NCBI GenBank assembly: GCA_965655095.1
Contig: OZ296651.1
Location: 58,342,001 to 58,406,000 of the forward strand
Length of the DNA: 64,000 nt
Source of the DNA: Haplodiscus bocki
Lineage: Eukaryota
Reading direction: 5' to 3'
Shown: positions 11,316 through 23,656 of the stretch, piece after piece
Position numbering within the stretch: the stretch's first letter is position 1
How the letters are laid out: the number at the start of each line of letters is the position of its first letter
Notes under the pieces: generated by a model
What the model was told of the DNA's origin: nothing
Seen by the model: the letters and a program-made list of their open reading frames with translations, nothing else
Database searches by the model: none
Program-made: the position numbers and the translations under genes

Positions 11316-13839
11316 TGTTAAAATCATTGTAAAATGTAATATTTTCATATCTATGACATCTTCGTATTGTTGCAGTTCACTAAGATATCTGATAATCTCT
11401 GATTTTCAAGTGAATAAATCATCCGTCCAAATTTTTGTCCACGGTCACAGTGTGTATATGACTAGCAACATAAAAAAATTGTTGAGCCTAAAAAGTTGCA
11501 TAATTCAAGTCGTTCATGTAACATGGCAATGCCAGCTGGAATTCACCGAAATGTCTTTTTTCGTGGGTGACCATGGTGCTGCCGACGGTTTCGATCTGAT
11601 GCTTACTGTCAGTCAGCCAACGTCAGAGTGGAAAAATGGCAGGATCATTTAGGTAGCTGTTATGGTAAATTACTCAGTATCCGACACTACGGCGAGAAAT
11701 GATTATCTCATGAGTAATTTGGATGCACATCCTGGGAGGAAGAAGACAATGAGTTTGCTGCTGTTATTTTTGGGGCGGCGCCGGACAAAAGAGTCACAAG
11801 TACAGATTACTATCAGTGGAGGGTTATCCTAAAACATTGTTAAGATTGCTTCAATCAAAAGAGAAGAAGAACATCTGACGGTTTTGAGTTTTCCCAAACA
11901 GACGTGACCAAAATAAAACGTTTTAATAATTCTGGAACTGTTGGAATAGATTACACGATATCAGAGATCAAGCGACATGTTTGGTGTACGGTGACTATTT
12001 TGTAGAATAGCAGAATAGTTTAGCAGCAGTTGCCGAAATGAGCGACACACAACATTTAGTACAAATCAACCAACCTTAGCTTTGGAGGCTTGTGTGAGGG
12101 TTATAGAGTTTTGAATGAGGAGAAGGCTGAGATTGCAAAAGTCAAACGGAAGTCACATTTGAAACAGAATCTCTTGACGGTGGATTGAGCTTTACCCAGG
12201 ACCACACGGAACGGTAGCCAGTAAAATTTTATATTTTTTGACTTTTAGTTGATTGTGCAAGATGCTGCAACAGAGGAGCAGCAAGGAAAAGAGGAAACAA
12301 AGAGACAATTTAGCAAGAAAAATCAATTTGATGGATCAATTGGATTCTATTTTTTCCACAAAGAACTCTGCCAAAAACATCGTGACTGATGTTGAAGAAG
12401 ATTGAAACTATCTTCTTATTTTTGAGCTGCAACTGATGTTAAGATATTTTGAAGCAATGCTTGACTGGGGCTCGGACCTAGAACAAATCAAATCAACCGC
12501 TTTCAATAGAAATTTTGATTCCTTCCAAAAAATTTGAAGAAACTTGCTACAGAAAGGTAAGAGACTGTAAACGTGAGTACATTTGAATTCTTGACTCTCT
12601 CAATGCTCTCATGAAGAATCCTCGCAAGGCAATGAAAAATTATCATCGATATTCACAGAAATTCACAGAAAGAAGATGACTTTTTTTTACCAATCAGCAA
12701 AAATTGTTTTGGCCGATGTCCAAAGTCTAATATTTTCAGAACGTAGCAAGATATTTGCTTGTTAATATGAAGGCAGGAGATGAGGAATACAGGCGGAGAG
12801 CAGGCTGAGTAGAGCGAGGGTGTTAATTTGGACAGATGGTGTGAAATCAGAGATGGAGAGGAGAAACACTAAAGATAATTAGCCAAGCAAATTAAAAAAG
12901 TTTGACTGCTTGGACATTGTTGTTCTGAGCAAAAAAGGAAATGAAGAAAAACTTACAAGGTGCCTTAGAAGAAACAAATCGATCACAAATAGAAAAACAA
13001 TTTGAACGACCTGTTCAAGTACGAGGGAAAGTTAAAGGGTCATCAAGTAAAAGGGGAAGCGAACATTGGCCCAAAACTCAAAAGCAACACATCAAAGAGA
13101 TAGGTCCATAACAATGCAGTTAGTCTGCTTGATGAACGTACCCCTGCGCATTCTCGTTTTCAATTGAAATTTTCAAGGAATTGGGAGTTGTGAACGAAAT
13201 TTTCAGATACGAGCAGCATTGATTCAGAGACAATCAGTGCTCATGTACTCAGCTGTTGCGCTGACCGGCACTAGTTTTTTCATATTTGCTGAATGATCGC
13301 CTAAAAGTGATTCAAAGCATCAAAAATGATGCGCTGTTAAGCGTCCATAATTGGTCAACCAATGCTAAATTAAAATTGGATGTTTCTTTTGAACGATGAG
13401 GTGGTGTAGTGACACGTAGGCATTTCGGCAGAACGCCTTCTCTGGGATGTAAATATACCCACAGGATTACCGGGGCACAGGTAGCTTTACCTGAAAACGC
13501 AGGAACTTTGGCCCACCAACGGATTGCCGGTAGAATTACCTGAAAACACATGTGAGCCAAAATTATAACAGCTCATTTAGCACCAGAACTGCGTTATAGT
13601 ACTTCTTCTCATAAAATGTTTGGTAAACATGGCATACGGAACGCTTTACCTGCATCTGGTGCTATAATAACTTGCGGAATAATTTGCCTAGCGCCAATTT
13701 TTGGATGCTCTTTCCTTTTTTGAGCGATTTCTTAGTTTTACGGCCCGGACTTCCCGTTAAAGTTTGGGGAACAATAACTGTTAAAAAATCGCTTGTTCTA
13801 AGTACCTCAAGCATCTTTTGAAGAAAATTTGACAAAAAA

Positions 13840-14511
13840 ATGGAACATTTTTGCACAAGGTTCCAACCAAAGAAAGACTGTCGTTTGTTGGAGATTAGCC
13901 TCGGACCCAATATCTACAACATAGCTTATGCCGCTCAAAAACAACAAATCAGTTTCATCAACAGCACTGAATTTGCTAAAATTAACATCGATTACGTAAC
14001 ACAAGTTGTGAACGACTATAAAAGCACTTCGTTTAATTGGACAGCGTATGCCGAGAGCGCATTAGGGACCAAAATTGATGCCGACTCTTACTTCGGAGCT
14101 TTGCGATCAAAATTCGGAGGATGCCATTTTCTGGACTTGAAAAACCCGAACTCTGATGGTTTTGGTGGAAATTATGATATTGTAATCTGCGAGCTGACTT
14201 TGTCAGATTTAGCGCAGTCTTTGGAAGAGTTTTCCCATATGTTGAAATTTATCAACAGTTTGATGAAAGTTGGTGGCTTGTTCATTTTCATGGACCATAT
14301 TGAAGAAGGGTGGTGGCGAATATCAGAGACGAAGCCAGTAGTGAAATGTCTCAAAGTGAGCTATGATTGGCTGAAAAACGAGCTCCAGTCTGTTGGGTTT
14401 GACATTCACGAAGTTTCAATTCTTCCAAAACCTAAAGAAGATCCCATGAAGAATCTTCACGATTCACAAGGCATCATGACATTCAGAACAATGAAAATCA
14501 AGGATTCGTAG
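13840..14511 (+). CDS. NNMT/PNMT/TEMT-family SAM-dependent small-molecule methyltransferase (N-terminus short or missing)
   Basis: LLEISLGPNIY (cf. DIGSGPTIY), TEFAKIN, FNWT, DIVICELTL and SLMKVGGLFIFMD motifs in the family order; 223 aa uninterrupted. Confidence 0.85.
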   Translation: MEHFCTRFQPKKDCRLLEISLGPNIYNIAYAAQKQQISFINSTEFAKINIDYVTQVVNDYKSTSFNWTAYAESALGTKIDADSYFGALRSKFGGCHFLDLKNPNSDGFGGNYDIVICELTLSDLAQSLEEFSHMLKFINSLMKVGGLFIFMDHIEEGWWRISETKPVVKCLKVSYDWLKNELQSVGFDIHEVSILPKPKEDPMKNLHDSQGIMTFRTMKIKDS

Positions 14512-15920
14512 AGAACATTCAATCGGATCCTTTGCAAAAGATATAATTCGAAATCTTTTCCTGAAAAAACTTTGATTGAATTCTTGAGACTAAAATCGAC
14601 TCTTGCAAACAAAATTTTTTCAACATCGAAGTTGCATACAGCACTGATTTTAATTCAGTGAGCTCCTGGGAAAAAATTGGCGTTCTTTGAAGCTCAAAAC
14701 TCCGAAAAATAGAAGTTTCAGCAAAAAAAAAAAGTAAGGAAAACAAAATTTTCTTGGAAATTTGACAAGATTACGAAAGGTTTTGTTTGATGAAAATCTG
14801 GCCAATAGTCAAAAAGTTCGAGACCCCCATTTTTGAACAGTTTTCAATTCTCACCATCTTTTTTTACTTTTTCCATTTTATCAGTAGTTAAATAAAAACA
14901 TTCTCTTCAATTCTTTAATTATTTTTTTTTAAATCGAAAATGAAGCTCCGAGGGCATGGAACCCTCTTTTGCAGAGAAAATTGTTCATTCTAGAGAATTC
15001 ACAGTTTTTAGGTGGAAAAAGTGATTTACATCTACTAATATAGTGTATAGGCATTTCACTTTGATTTATACGCGAGATTTTTCTGTGTATTTTTTTCTTA
15101 AAATAATAAAGATGAGATGTTTTAGGCGAGTTTCGGAGCTGAAAATTGTGTTTGAAATTTTTCATATCTTTTGTAGCCGGCGAGGTATTTGAGAAAAACC
15201 TCGAACTTGGCCAAGAATGGTCCAACTCCGGGTAGCAATTATTTCTTAACTGGTCCGATTTCAATACAAATCTTATGCATAATCTAAGAATCGTTTCCTC
15301 TTGATGTTCCTTCGGAATACTGTCGTGCTTTAAGAAATTGGCAACCAACCTTGTTTATTTTACATTCGCGATTTTATTTATACTAAAAAAACGACTATAG
15401 AAGTGATTTCTCAAAGATGACAGCCCTCATTTTGTATACCACGTTTTCGCTAACTTTATTTACTTTGCATATTTTTTTACCCTATCTACTCACAGAAAAA
15501 GTACCATACATAACTTTATCAGCAGAAGGTTCCAAACACCTTCAAAAAAGGTTATCCGAAAACTGAAAATTAGTCGAGCCGGCAGAGATCCATATTACAA
15601 AACTTTTGTGATGAAACTGCCTCAAAAAATTTTGGAAGTGCTAATTCCAAAAAATACCACGATGCTTCGATTTGGGTAATTCCATAAACTTCCAGAGAAA
15701 AGTAACAAAAGTTTTTCAGGAAACATTCCATTGTCTGCTTATTGTAAAAAAGTTCGAGTCTTCCACTCTGAGTTTCTTTCGTTAACGACCTAGTGCATAA
15801 TAAGTCTTTCCCAAAAAAAGAAATTTCTCAATAATCAAAATCACCCGTCGTATAAGTTTCTTGAGCTTTACGGGTGGCGCCAACGTGGTTGTTCTCGGAT
15901 GGTTTTTCCAACATTACAGA

Positions 15921-16810
15921 AATATTATACTATAATCTGATTTACCAGTAACTCGCCTGCGGCTCCTTACTAATAAATCCGACAATATATCCGTTCCCTT
16001 CGCTTCGCTCCGGTCACTTATATTATTTTGCTCAGCTCTATCGAGCTTCGCGTTTTTTTCTCCTGCACATGAAAACCTGTTAAAATACTTCCTCGTTTAC
16101 ATAATCATAGAATTAGCAAAAAATATTGTACTTACCATTTATGTCAACATAACAGAATTTGTACACTGAAAATAACACTGGAAATTACACTGGAAATTAA
16201 ACTGGAAATTACACTGGAAGTTTTTTTGAAAATTTTTCTGGAGATTACACTGGAAATTACAGTGCCAGTGAAAACTTTGTGTGAGTGTTGATTTGAAAGG
16301 AAAACTTTTTGGCAGGTGTATGATAATCTTCCTTTCCTTTTCAACTAATAGAATAATCAAACAATTTTTCCTTTCTTTTTTCCTGTCCTGTTCAACTGAT
16401 AAAATATTCATACAATTTCATTTTTTCTCCCCACTATGTAACCTGTAACAATATTACAAGTATATTTAATTGGAATTAAAAGTTCTAGATTTCGAAATTG
16501 TGTTCATCTCTTTGAGACGACGAAAATGGAATGTCAATGAACAAAATGGGATAAGTAAAAGATTATAATTTCATTTATGTCAACATTAAATTATAATTTT
16601 ATGTATACTCATTAGTCTAAATTAATGTATAGGTTGTCTTTAGTTTGTTTGATTGTCTAAATACCATTTACGACATGCAGAATGAAAAATTTTCCTCTAT
16701 CTTTACAATGAGTTTGTACATATTCAGGGTTTTGTGAGAGCTTTCTAAAAAACTGACGGTGCAATATAGGTTTTTGTAATTTTGAATAATGATGTATATT
16801 TATATCTGAT
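15921..16810 (+). repeat. Left TIR, including a 12-bp tandem array (~16164-16270)
   Basis: Reverse complement of 33175-34086; ATTACACTGGAA repeats. Confidence 0.93.
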
Positions 16811-17162
16811 AGATTACCAGAAATTTTTATTTTAAATTCAATTGTTTGAATAATTATAAAATTAGTTATTCAACGTCTCTTTCTTCTTTAACTACTCTTT
16901 GAAAAGAAATCATATTTAATATATTATCTCTCAAATCATGAATATTTTTGATAATAATTTCAATATAATTTCCAAAATTTTTTAAAATCATAACATCCAT
17001 GTTTGATAGAGCTATTAATATTCTACTAACAGGTATTGTTTCTTGAAATTTGTTAATTAAACATTTACGTACTTGATTTAATTCTTCAATGATACCCAGA
17101 TTTTTATAATCATAGATTATAGCTACATTAGAAAAATTTAAAACATCTTTTTTCGTTTCCAC
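16640..17162 (-). pseudogene. Polinton orphan gene L1; C-terminus lies inside the TIR
   Basis: METKKDVLNF... continues after a break into ...HHYSKLQKPILHRQFFRKLSQNPEYVQTHC...CRKWYLDNQTN*. Confidence 0.6.
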
Positions 17163-17189
17163 TTATAGTATAGAAAACAATAATTTTCA

Positions 17190-17748
17190 TTTATTTCTGC
17201 TGTTCTAATCATAAATTGAATGAATTTTGCATTTTCGCAATTTTTTAAGCGAGTTTTTTACACAATGATAATCAAATGGATCAACAGAGTTTTCGTTTGT
17301 ATTCAATTATTCACTATCATCAATTCTATCTCTTTTGATAAATTCAAAATATGGAGTCAAAAATCGATGTTTTCCTCACCTTTTGCTATACTATATGGAG
17401 TTAGATTTTTGTTCTATATTTGAGATATTTTTATAAGTAATATCATTAGTTACAATTGAACAAATCATATCTCCACCGATATACATAAATCTATATCTAC
17501 CATATTCTTCACTTATTTCAAGTAAAAAAGCGTTTCCATCAAATACTGATTTATCACAAGCTCCTGACATTTTTGTCATATCACATACCTCACTTTTACC
17601 CAAAAAAAGTTCCCAAAGGTTTTACACACAATATATTGTTCTCATGGTTTGAGATATCTTCAAATTTTTGCATTTCAACACTTCCGTTATTTTGAAAAGT
17701 CACTCCATAACATTTAGTAATAGACTCTGTCAAATATATTACAGTCAT
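17190..17748 (-). pseudogene. Polinton accessory gene L2, unknown function
   Basis: Frameshifted ORF with DGNAFLLEI...MYIGGDMICS...TND...PYSIAKGEEN. Confidence 0.6.
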
Positions 17749-17808
17749 TTATAATATGAAAAATTTATAATTGATAGATTACTATAAATTTGATCGAACA
17801 CGTTAACT

Positions 17809-18336
17809 TTAAAAATTTGTATTGAGAGGATAAATCCAATCTTGTAGTAAATTATTGATCAAACTTTTGTCTTTGTTAATCATAGCGTCTACTTTCCATT
17901 CTAAGGCACACATATTATGTTTAAGATAGAAATGGTATGACATATCCAATTTATAAGCAATTGTTATAATATGCATTTCTGCTATTTGATTGAAAGTATA
18001 TCCTTTGTCTGCAAAATCACTAATTATTTTTACTTCAAAATTTAACCAAGAAAACATTGTATTTTTATCAGATACACTAGACGTCACTTATAGACAACAT
18101 TGATAATCATTAAAAACTAATTTAAAATGACATTTCACAAGATAATAATCGAATTTTTTGTTGTGTTCAATAATGGGTCAATAAAAAGCTTCATCTACGT
18201 CTCTTGTGTTAATATCTTTGAGAGATTTTAGTATATGTTTCTATTTGTCGAATTCTTTGTGAATATTTGACTTAAAGTGTTTATATTTGCTCTTAGGTTT
18301 GATATATTTATCACATACTTCACAATAGTAATCCAT
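17809..18336 (-). pseudogene. Polinton orphan gene L3 with N-terminal C2H2 zinc finger
   Basis: MDYYCEVCDK...KHFKSNIH, then GYTFNQI...FYLK domain; in-frame stops. Confidence 0.65.
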
Positions 18337-18339
18337 TTG

Positions 18340-18800
18340 AACAACAGTATCTGTACAAGTATAACATTTGTAATACACACAATTATATGAGTACTTATAT
18401 TAAGGTATACATACGATTATATGACTAGTTGAACATAAGTTTCACATTTGTGATACATAGAATTATATGAGTAATTAAACTAGGGTATACTCACAATTAT
18501 ATGAGTAGGTATTACAATTATAATATTATTCGTATATGAAAAGGTGTTATTACAAAAAAAACTAAAATCGTTTATCCAAACTAATATTCACACAAGTATA
18601 TGATTAATTATATTATTCGTATGTGTATAGGTAAAAAAACACTTATAATATTATTCGTACATGGCAACGTGTTTTTATACTACATTGGTCAATTACAAAT
18701 GATATAAATTATTCGTACAAGTTTAAGAATATTTATATTATTATTCATATTTGAATAGGTGAAATCATACAGTATCAAATATTATTCGTATTTGAATAGG
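18340..18800. promoter_or_regulatory. Divergent intergenic region with repeated motifs
   Basis: About 6 x ATTATTC(G/A)TA and 3-4 x ATTATATGAGTA between leftward and rightward gene blocks. Confidence 0.5.
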
Positions 18801-18975
18801 TGTGAGACTAATTTTTGGGTTATCGTTATATAAAATGATCATTAGAACAATTTTACTTGAAGTTTACGTCAACTTGGTTGATACCACGTTGAAACAAAAT
18901 ACATGCTTCAAAAACCCTAAATTTATTTTTGTGGTTGTTGTATCTTTGTTTTTCTTGTTTTATTTAAATACAGAA

Positions 18976-19421
18976 TTGAAGAATCTTTTTTCTCTACAAC
19001 AAGTATTCAAAACTCTTAATGTTGATGCTAATTCAACATCTCGTCAATATAAAGTAAATTTAAGGGCTGATTTCATGCGGATTAAATACGAAAATCCAAA
19101 ACTGAAGCAAAGCGAGATAGCAGATCAACTAGGTTATTCTTCTTCTACTTTACAAAGATACAGAAATGATATAAATATGCTTCCACCATACAGAATTCTA
19201 TCAAATAACACTGATAAACGAACAAAAAGGCTTCAAATACTAATTTTAACAACAATCAGCATCTTAAACATGAACTCAAAAGACTTCAAAAGATCTCAAT
19301 CGATCTCAGAATTTCTGTTGAAGTTAAACCCGTTAAAATTAAAAACAAACTGAAAGGTGAAGCAAATTTTGGAATTAACGATCAATATTTCGATGAAATT
19401 CTCCATAAGAATGACTCTTAA
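18976..19421 (+). pseudogene. Helix-turn-helix DNA-binding protein (Polinton)
   Basis: PKLKQSEIADQLGYSSSTLQRYRND HTH pattern; frameshifted C-terminus. Confidence 0.75.
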
Positions 19422-20200
19422 ATGGAATTAGCTAAGCAAAATATTTCTAACAATAAAACAGTAAGAAACGATACAGTAAAAGATTCAAAAGTTTTTAACT
19501 CACAATCTTTAACAACACAAGCTAAGAAAGAGGAACAGCTAGTTTCAAGGATGCCTGCTATTTAAAATTTTTTTGGCTGAATGGGTGATGATATAGTTGA
19601 ACTATCTACAGAAAATGATGCTTTGGAATTCAAAATAAGGTCATACGATGAAAAATGGCTTGAAGAATCCAAAGCAAAACTTTTGAAACAGATCGATGAC
19701 GAAAAAAGGCCAATTTAATCTTGTCTAGGATGAAAAAACAGATGAATAAACAATATTAAATGGCTTGTATTTCATATAACAATTTATGGGCAGGCGAGTT
19801 TGATAACATCGTTTCTGAAGAAGATGAAGTACAAGATATAAATACTAACCAATGAAAACTCGAAGTACATGATACTTATAAAAAAGATGAAAAAATAACA
19901 ACAAACTTTGAACCTACTGATGACTCAGATGTTACTTACAAACGTTTCTCAGATAAAAATTTATCGAAAATAGAGAGTCAGATCTCTTGTTTTGGAAAAG
20001 ATTACAACGAATTTAAATCACAAAACAACAGACATTCTATGGAAGAAAATTTAATTCAAATAGCTGTTAAAACGACTATTCAATTATTATACGATAATGG
20101 GCTATTTGATAACTTTCCGAATGCTGATAATGTCTCAAAAGACTTTCGTTTGTAACAAGACGTAGAGGTGATTTAGAGGAAAATGAACGATGGTATCTAA
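19422..20200 (+). pseudogene. Two abutting Polinton orphan genes (19422-19759, 19760-20200)
   Basis: TAA-ATG junctions at 19419-19424 and 19757-19762; MELAKQ... and MACISYNNLW... frames with stops. Confidence 0.5.
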
Positions 20201-20433
20201 AGATTTTGTTCATAAATATGAAAAAATTACCAATTTCTTTCTTCTTTGTTGAAGATGGTATTTGCGATACATACACTTATATGAGTGTTTATACTAGGGT
20301 ATTCTTACAATTATTTGTAGTTGAACATATGTTTCACATGTGTGATACATACAAATATATGAGTATTTTTTTTTATTTTTTTAATAGAGTATACTTACAC
20401 TTATATGAGTAGTTTTTATCTGATTTGGAGAAA

Positions 20434-20869
20434 ATGATTGATATTGATGTCTTTCAATGATTTTATTAAAAATTATAAATTGAAAAATAAAGCAACATTA
20501 AATACAAAAAATTCAGCAAGTGTAATTATCTTTGTCTTCGAATGATGTAAGTATCTTTTTAAGAGATGGTCCATATGCATCTGACGTTGGAATTGTAAAT
20601 TTACATCCTCCGAAAGGAGCACATTGTGTGTGTTAAATAAACAAAAACTTTTTTATTCATATAGTTGTGCTCCTTCTCAAAAACTCTCTAATATTTCTAT
20701 AAAACGGAACGGTTACTGTTTATTATTTAAATACAAAATACAAGAATTGACATGTAAAAGAGAATCTTATTGTACTAGTTATTGCTTTCATACAAATTAC
20801 TTGACAAAACTGATAGGTATTGATTTTAAATCTGCTGTTTTGAAGTTGTACTATCAGAGAAATTCTTGA
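20434..20869 (+). pseudogene. Adenain-like cysteine maturation protease
   Basis: GIVNLHPPKGAHC (cf. GTHW), FYSYSC (cf. FDSYG), IQ and SYCTSYC motifs in order. Confidence 0.8.
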
Positions 20870-21066
20870 ATAAAAATGACATCACGAAAAATACTTATTT
20901 ACAATAGCGTAAAATTTTTTCCAAAAAGTGATCAAACAAAAGACAGAGATATTAAACGATACACAATAAAAACTCGTAAGCAAAACAAAAATATTTCAAA
21001 AAAAAATAAAAAATTCCTTGTAAATATTTCAGCACAAGTATTTGGAATAATTAAACGAATAATGAA

Positions 21067-22114
21067 TTGTTACTTCTAATCAAAAAATATACTGATACGT
21101 TGATTGAAAAGACAAAAACAAAACCACAAGAAACGCCGGAATTTAAAATGAATAAGCAAATAGAAACTCTTTCGTGCACTCCTCCGATAATATTATTTGA
21201 TGAAGGTAAAAAGTTATTGGGAAAGACTTCGTTCGAGTTTACAAACAGTGGTTTTAATTTGAATATTGAAAAAAATTCGTTTTCAATAATCATGTCAGGT
21301 CATTGGATTTCCGAATCTGCTGAAAAACCATTGACGAAGTACATAAATTATTAGAACTCAGATCTGAAAACGTTACTGATTTACATGTCCAACAAGTTGG
21401 AAAAAAAATTAATTTTGATAAAAGACTCTTCTTTATCCAGTCTTGATACTTTTAAAGAAGAAATAATTGAAGAATTAAAAAAAGCTAAATACAACGATCA
21501 TCAAGATATGGTGTACAGATTTCAACTTACTTATGATGAAATTACAGACACATTAGATCTAAAATATATTCCCACAAAAAGAATAGGCTTCTCTTTAAAC
21601 CCTGGCGTATATGAAGTATCTGATATAAACACAACCCTGAAATATATTTTACCCAATATTGTGAAAGTAACTACTACAATCGATGCTATTAGAAATAGAT
21701 CCAATGTAAAGAAAATTCAAACTTCAATATTTACTTCTCTATACTATATTAGGATTTATTCTATCTCGCCAAGGGCCTTTGAACGATATCGATGGGTTCC
21801 TTCAAATATTACCTTGATCATAAGAAAGCGATAGACCTAATAATATTACTGGAATCGACAAAACTCTTTTATGATGTAATTGCATTGATGGTAGTATTGT
21901 TAATAGTGTTCGAGAGGCATTTTTGTACTCTGTTGTTCTTAGTTCTCCTTCAGGTCAGAAATTATACAAAGAACCAAGAATCAAACTCTTTAAAAAGATA
22001 ATTACGTCTGTTCTATCTCACAGTAATTTTTACTTTAAAGATGACGATCACAAACCAGGTAAATGTTACTTAGAAACGATAAGCTTTACTTGTCAACTAA
22101 TTAAAATAGAATAA
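21067..22114 (+). pseudogene. Minor capsid (penton-like) protein 1
   Basis: N-terminal PPI..LG.TSFE..NS and C-terminal CIDGSIVN...LYS...P...DDD...ETISFTCQLIK, typical of Polinton single jelly-roll proteins. Confidence 0.72.
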
Positions 22115-22130
22115 ACAAATGTACTTAAAA

Positions 22131-23228
22131 ATGATTAGACCTAAAAATGAAATAGAAGATTAAATTATTTTCAATAACTAAAAACTGTGAAACGCTTATT
22201 GAACAAACTCATAGAAAAGTAGAAGAAATATTGGAATTTAAAAAGATCAAACCAGGAGAAACATTTCATTTCAATCCACCAATTCAAATTAAGCGCAATT
22301 GTATGATTGGATTAATAAATTTAGAGGTTTACAATAGTATTTTTAACATAACAAAAAAATTAACAAATTCGAACTTTTTGAATTTCCTGTTTCAAGGAGT
22401 TGTGGTATTTTATGTGAAAAAGTCAGAGAGAAGATTGAAAAAGACTTGGGAATTTCAGACATTACATCCAACGATTTACAAGGTGATTTAATAGGTCCAA
22501 TTACTAATAAAAAATTTTGAGAAGAAGTTTGAAAAAGATTGGAAGATGGAAGTTATATGAAGTTTTTGGCGGGATACCATAGTTCTGTATTTCATGATTT
22601 CAAAAATTATCTCAGAACAGAAATTGATGTCGTTGAAGGTGATATTAGATTGGTGTTGGATAAATATAATTCAAGTTTTATTACTTATGATGTACAACCA
22701 GGTTTTTACACTCTTAAGGATCTTTCCGAATCTGTTTTTAACATTCTCCAACCTGAATATCCAGCATCTGACAAGGTTATTGTTATTGGATTTGATGATA
22801 TTACCATGAAAACTAAACTGGTTGTAAGATCCAGATCTTACCTTATAGCCATAAGATTTGATGAGAATTCATTTTTTAATGCTATCCTTGGTTTCAACCA
22901 GGGTTGGGATTATCAACACTATAATGAAAACACTAGCCAGAAAATTTTAAACCCAAGTACCACAAAAAAAATACATCTAAACCAAGGTTATCGATGGAAA
23001 TATCATAAAGCGTTCAAGAGAACCATTATCAAACAGTTTTCTTTCAGATAAACCAGCAGGTTATAAGGTTTTTTCTCAACCTGAAACAACTCATTATGAA
23101 AAAATAATAACTCTGCTTTAAATACTATAACATTTTATCTAGAAGATGACAATCACGAAGAAGTTGAGTTTAATGGAGAACCGTTGACTTTTACACTGCA
23201 AATGATCAAAATTCAATATAACAATTGA
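22131..23228 (+). pseudogene. Minor capsid (penton-like) protein 2
   Basis: FNPPI...IGLINLEVYNSIFNIT and DKPAGYKV...ITFYLEDDNHEEVEFNGEPLTFTLQMIK; paralogous to the preceding gene. Confidence 0.75.
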
Positions 23229-23621
23229 GTTTTCAAAAATTTAAAACGGACAGTTTTTGTGTTGGTGGCAGGCATAGATCTGCTACATCAAAAGTTTATG
23301 GTGCTTTAACCTCTAAAGGTAGTAAAGTACAAATTGGCTTTTGTTCAACTTGTAATGAAAAAGTCTATGACTCTTAGTCATAACACTATACAGGCAGAAG
23401 GTTTGGCTGATTTTTTCCGGAATCTGGGTAAAAGTTCTGTTGATGTGGGTAAGAAATTAACTAAAAATGTTTTAAAACACCCAGGACGAGCTCCTGAAAT
23501 TGGAGCAAACGTTGGTAGTGCATTTGCTTCTCGAAGCCCTAAAACAACTTGATCATCAATACCTGAGTTTATCAAATTCTTTCACACAGGCAAAGGCCTT
23601 TACCTTGGTAAAATTGCATAA
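23225..23621 (+). pseudogene. Small zinc-ribbon plus amphipathic-helix protein (putative virion protein)
   Basis: FCVGGRH...GFCSTCN, then EGLADFFRNLGK and terminal GKGLYL. Confidence 0.55.
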
Positions 23622-23656
23622 TTTATGCTAAAAGAATGCAGCAAAAATAGGATAGA

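Noticed and set aside
11560-13300. Purine-rich decayed coding-like sequence (possible old retroelement)
   Set aside because: No diagnostic motif could be reconstructed.
16139-16411. ORFs with FQCN/SSVI repeats (also 33579-33900)
   Set aside because: By-products of the 12-bp TIR array, open in several frames.
18340-18800. CRISPR-like array
   Set aside because: Repeats are only 10-12 bp, irregularly spaced, with no cas genes and a eukaryotic context.
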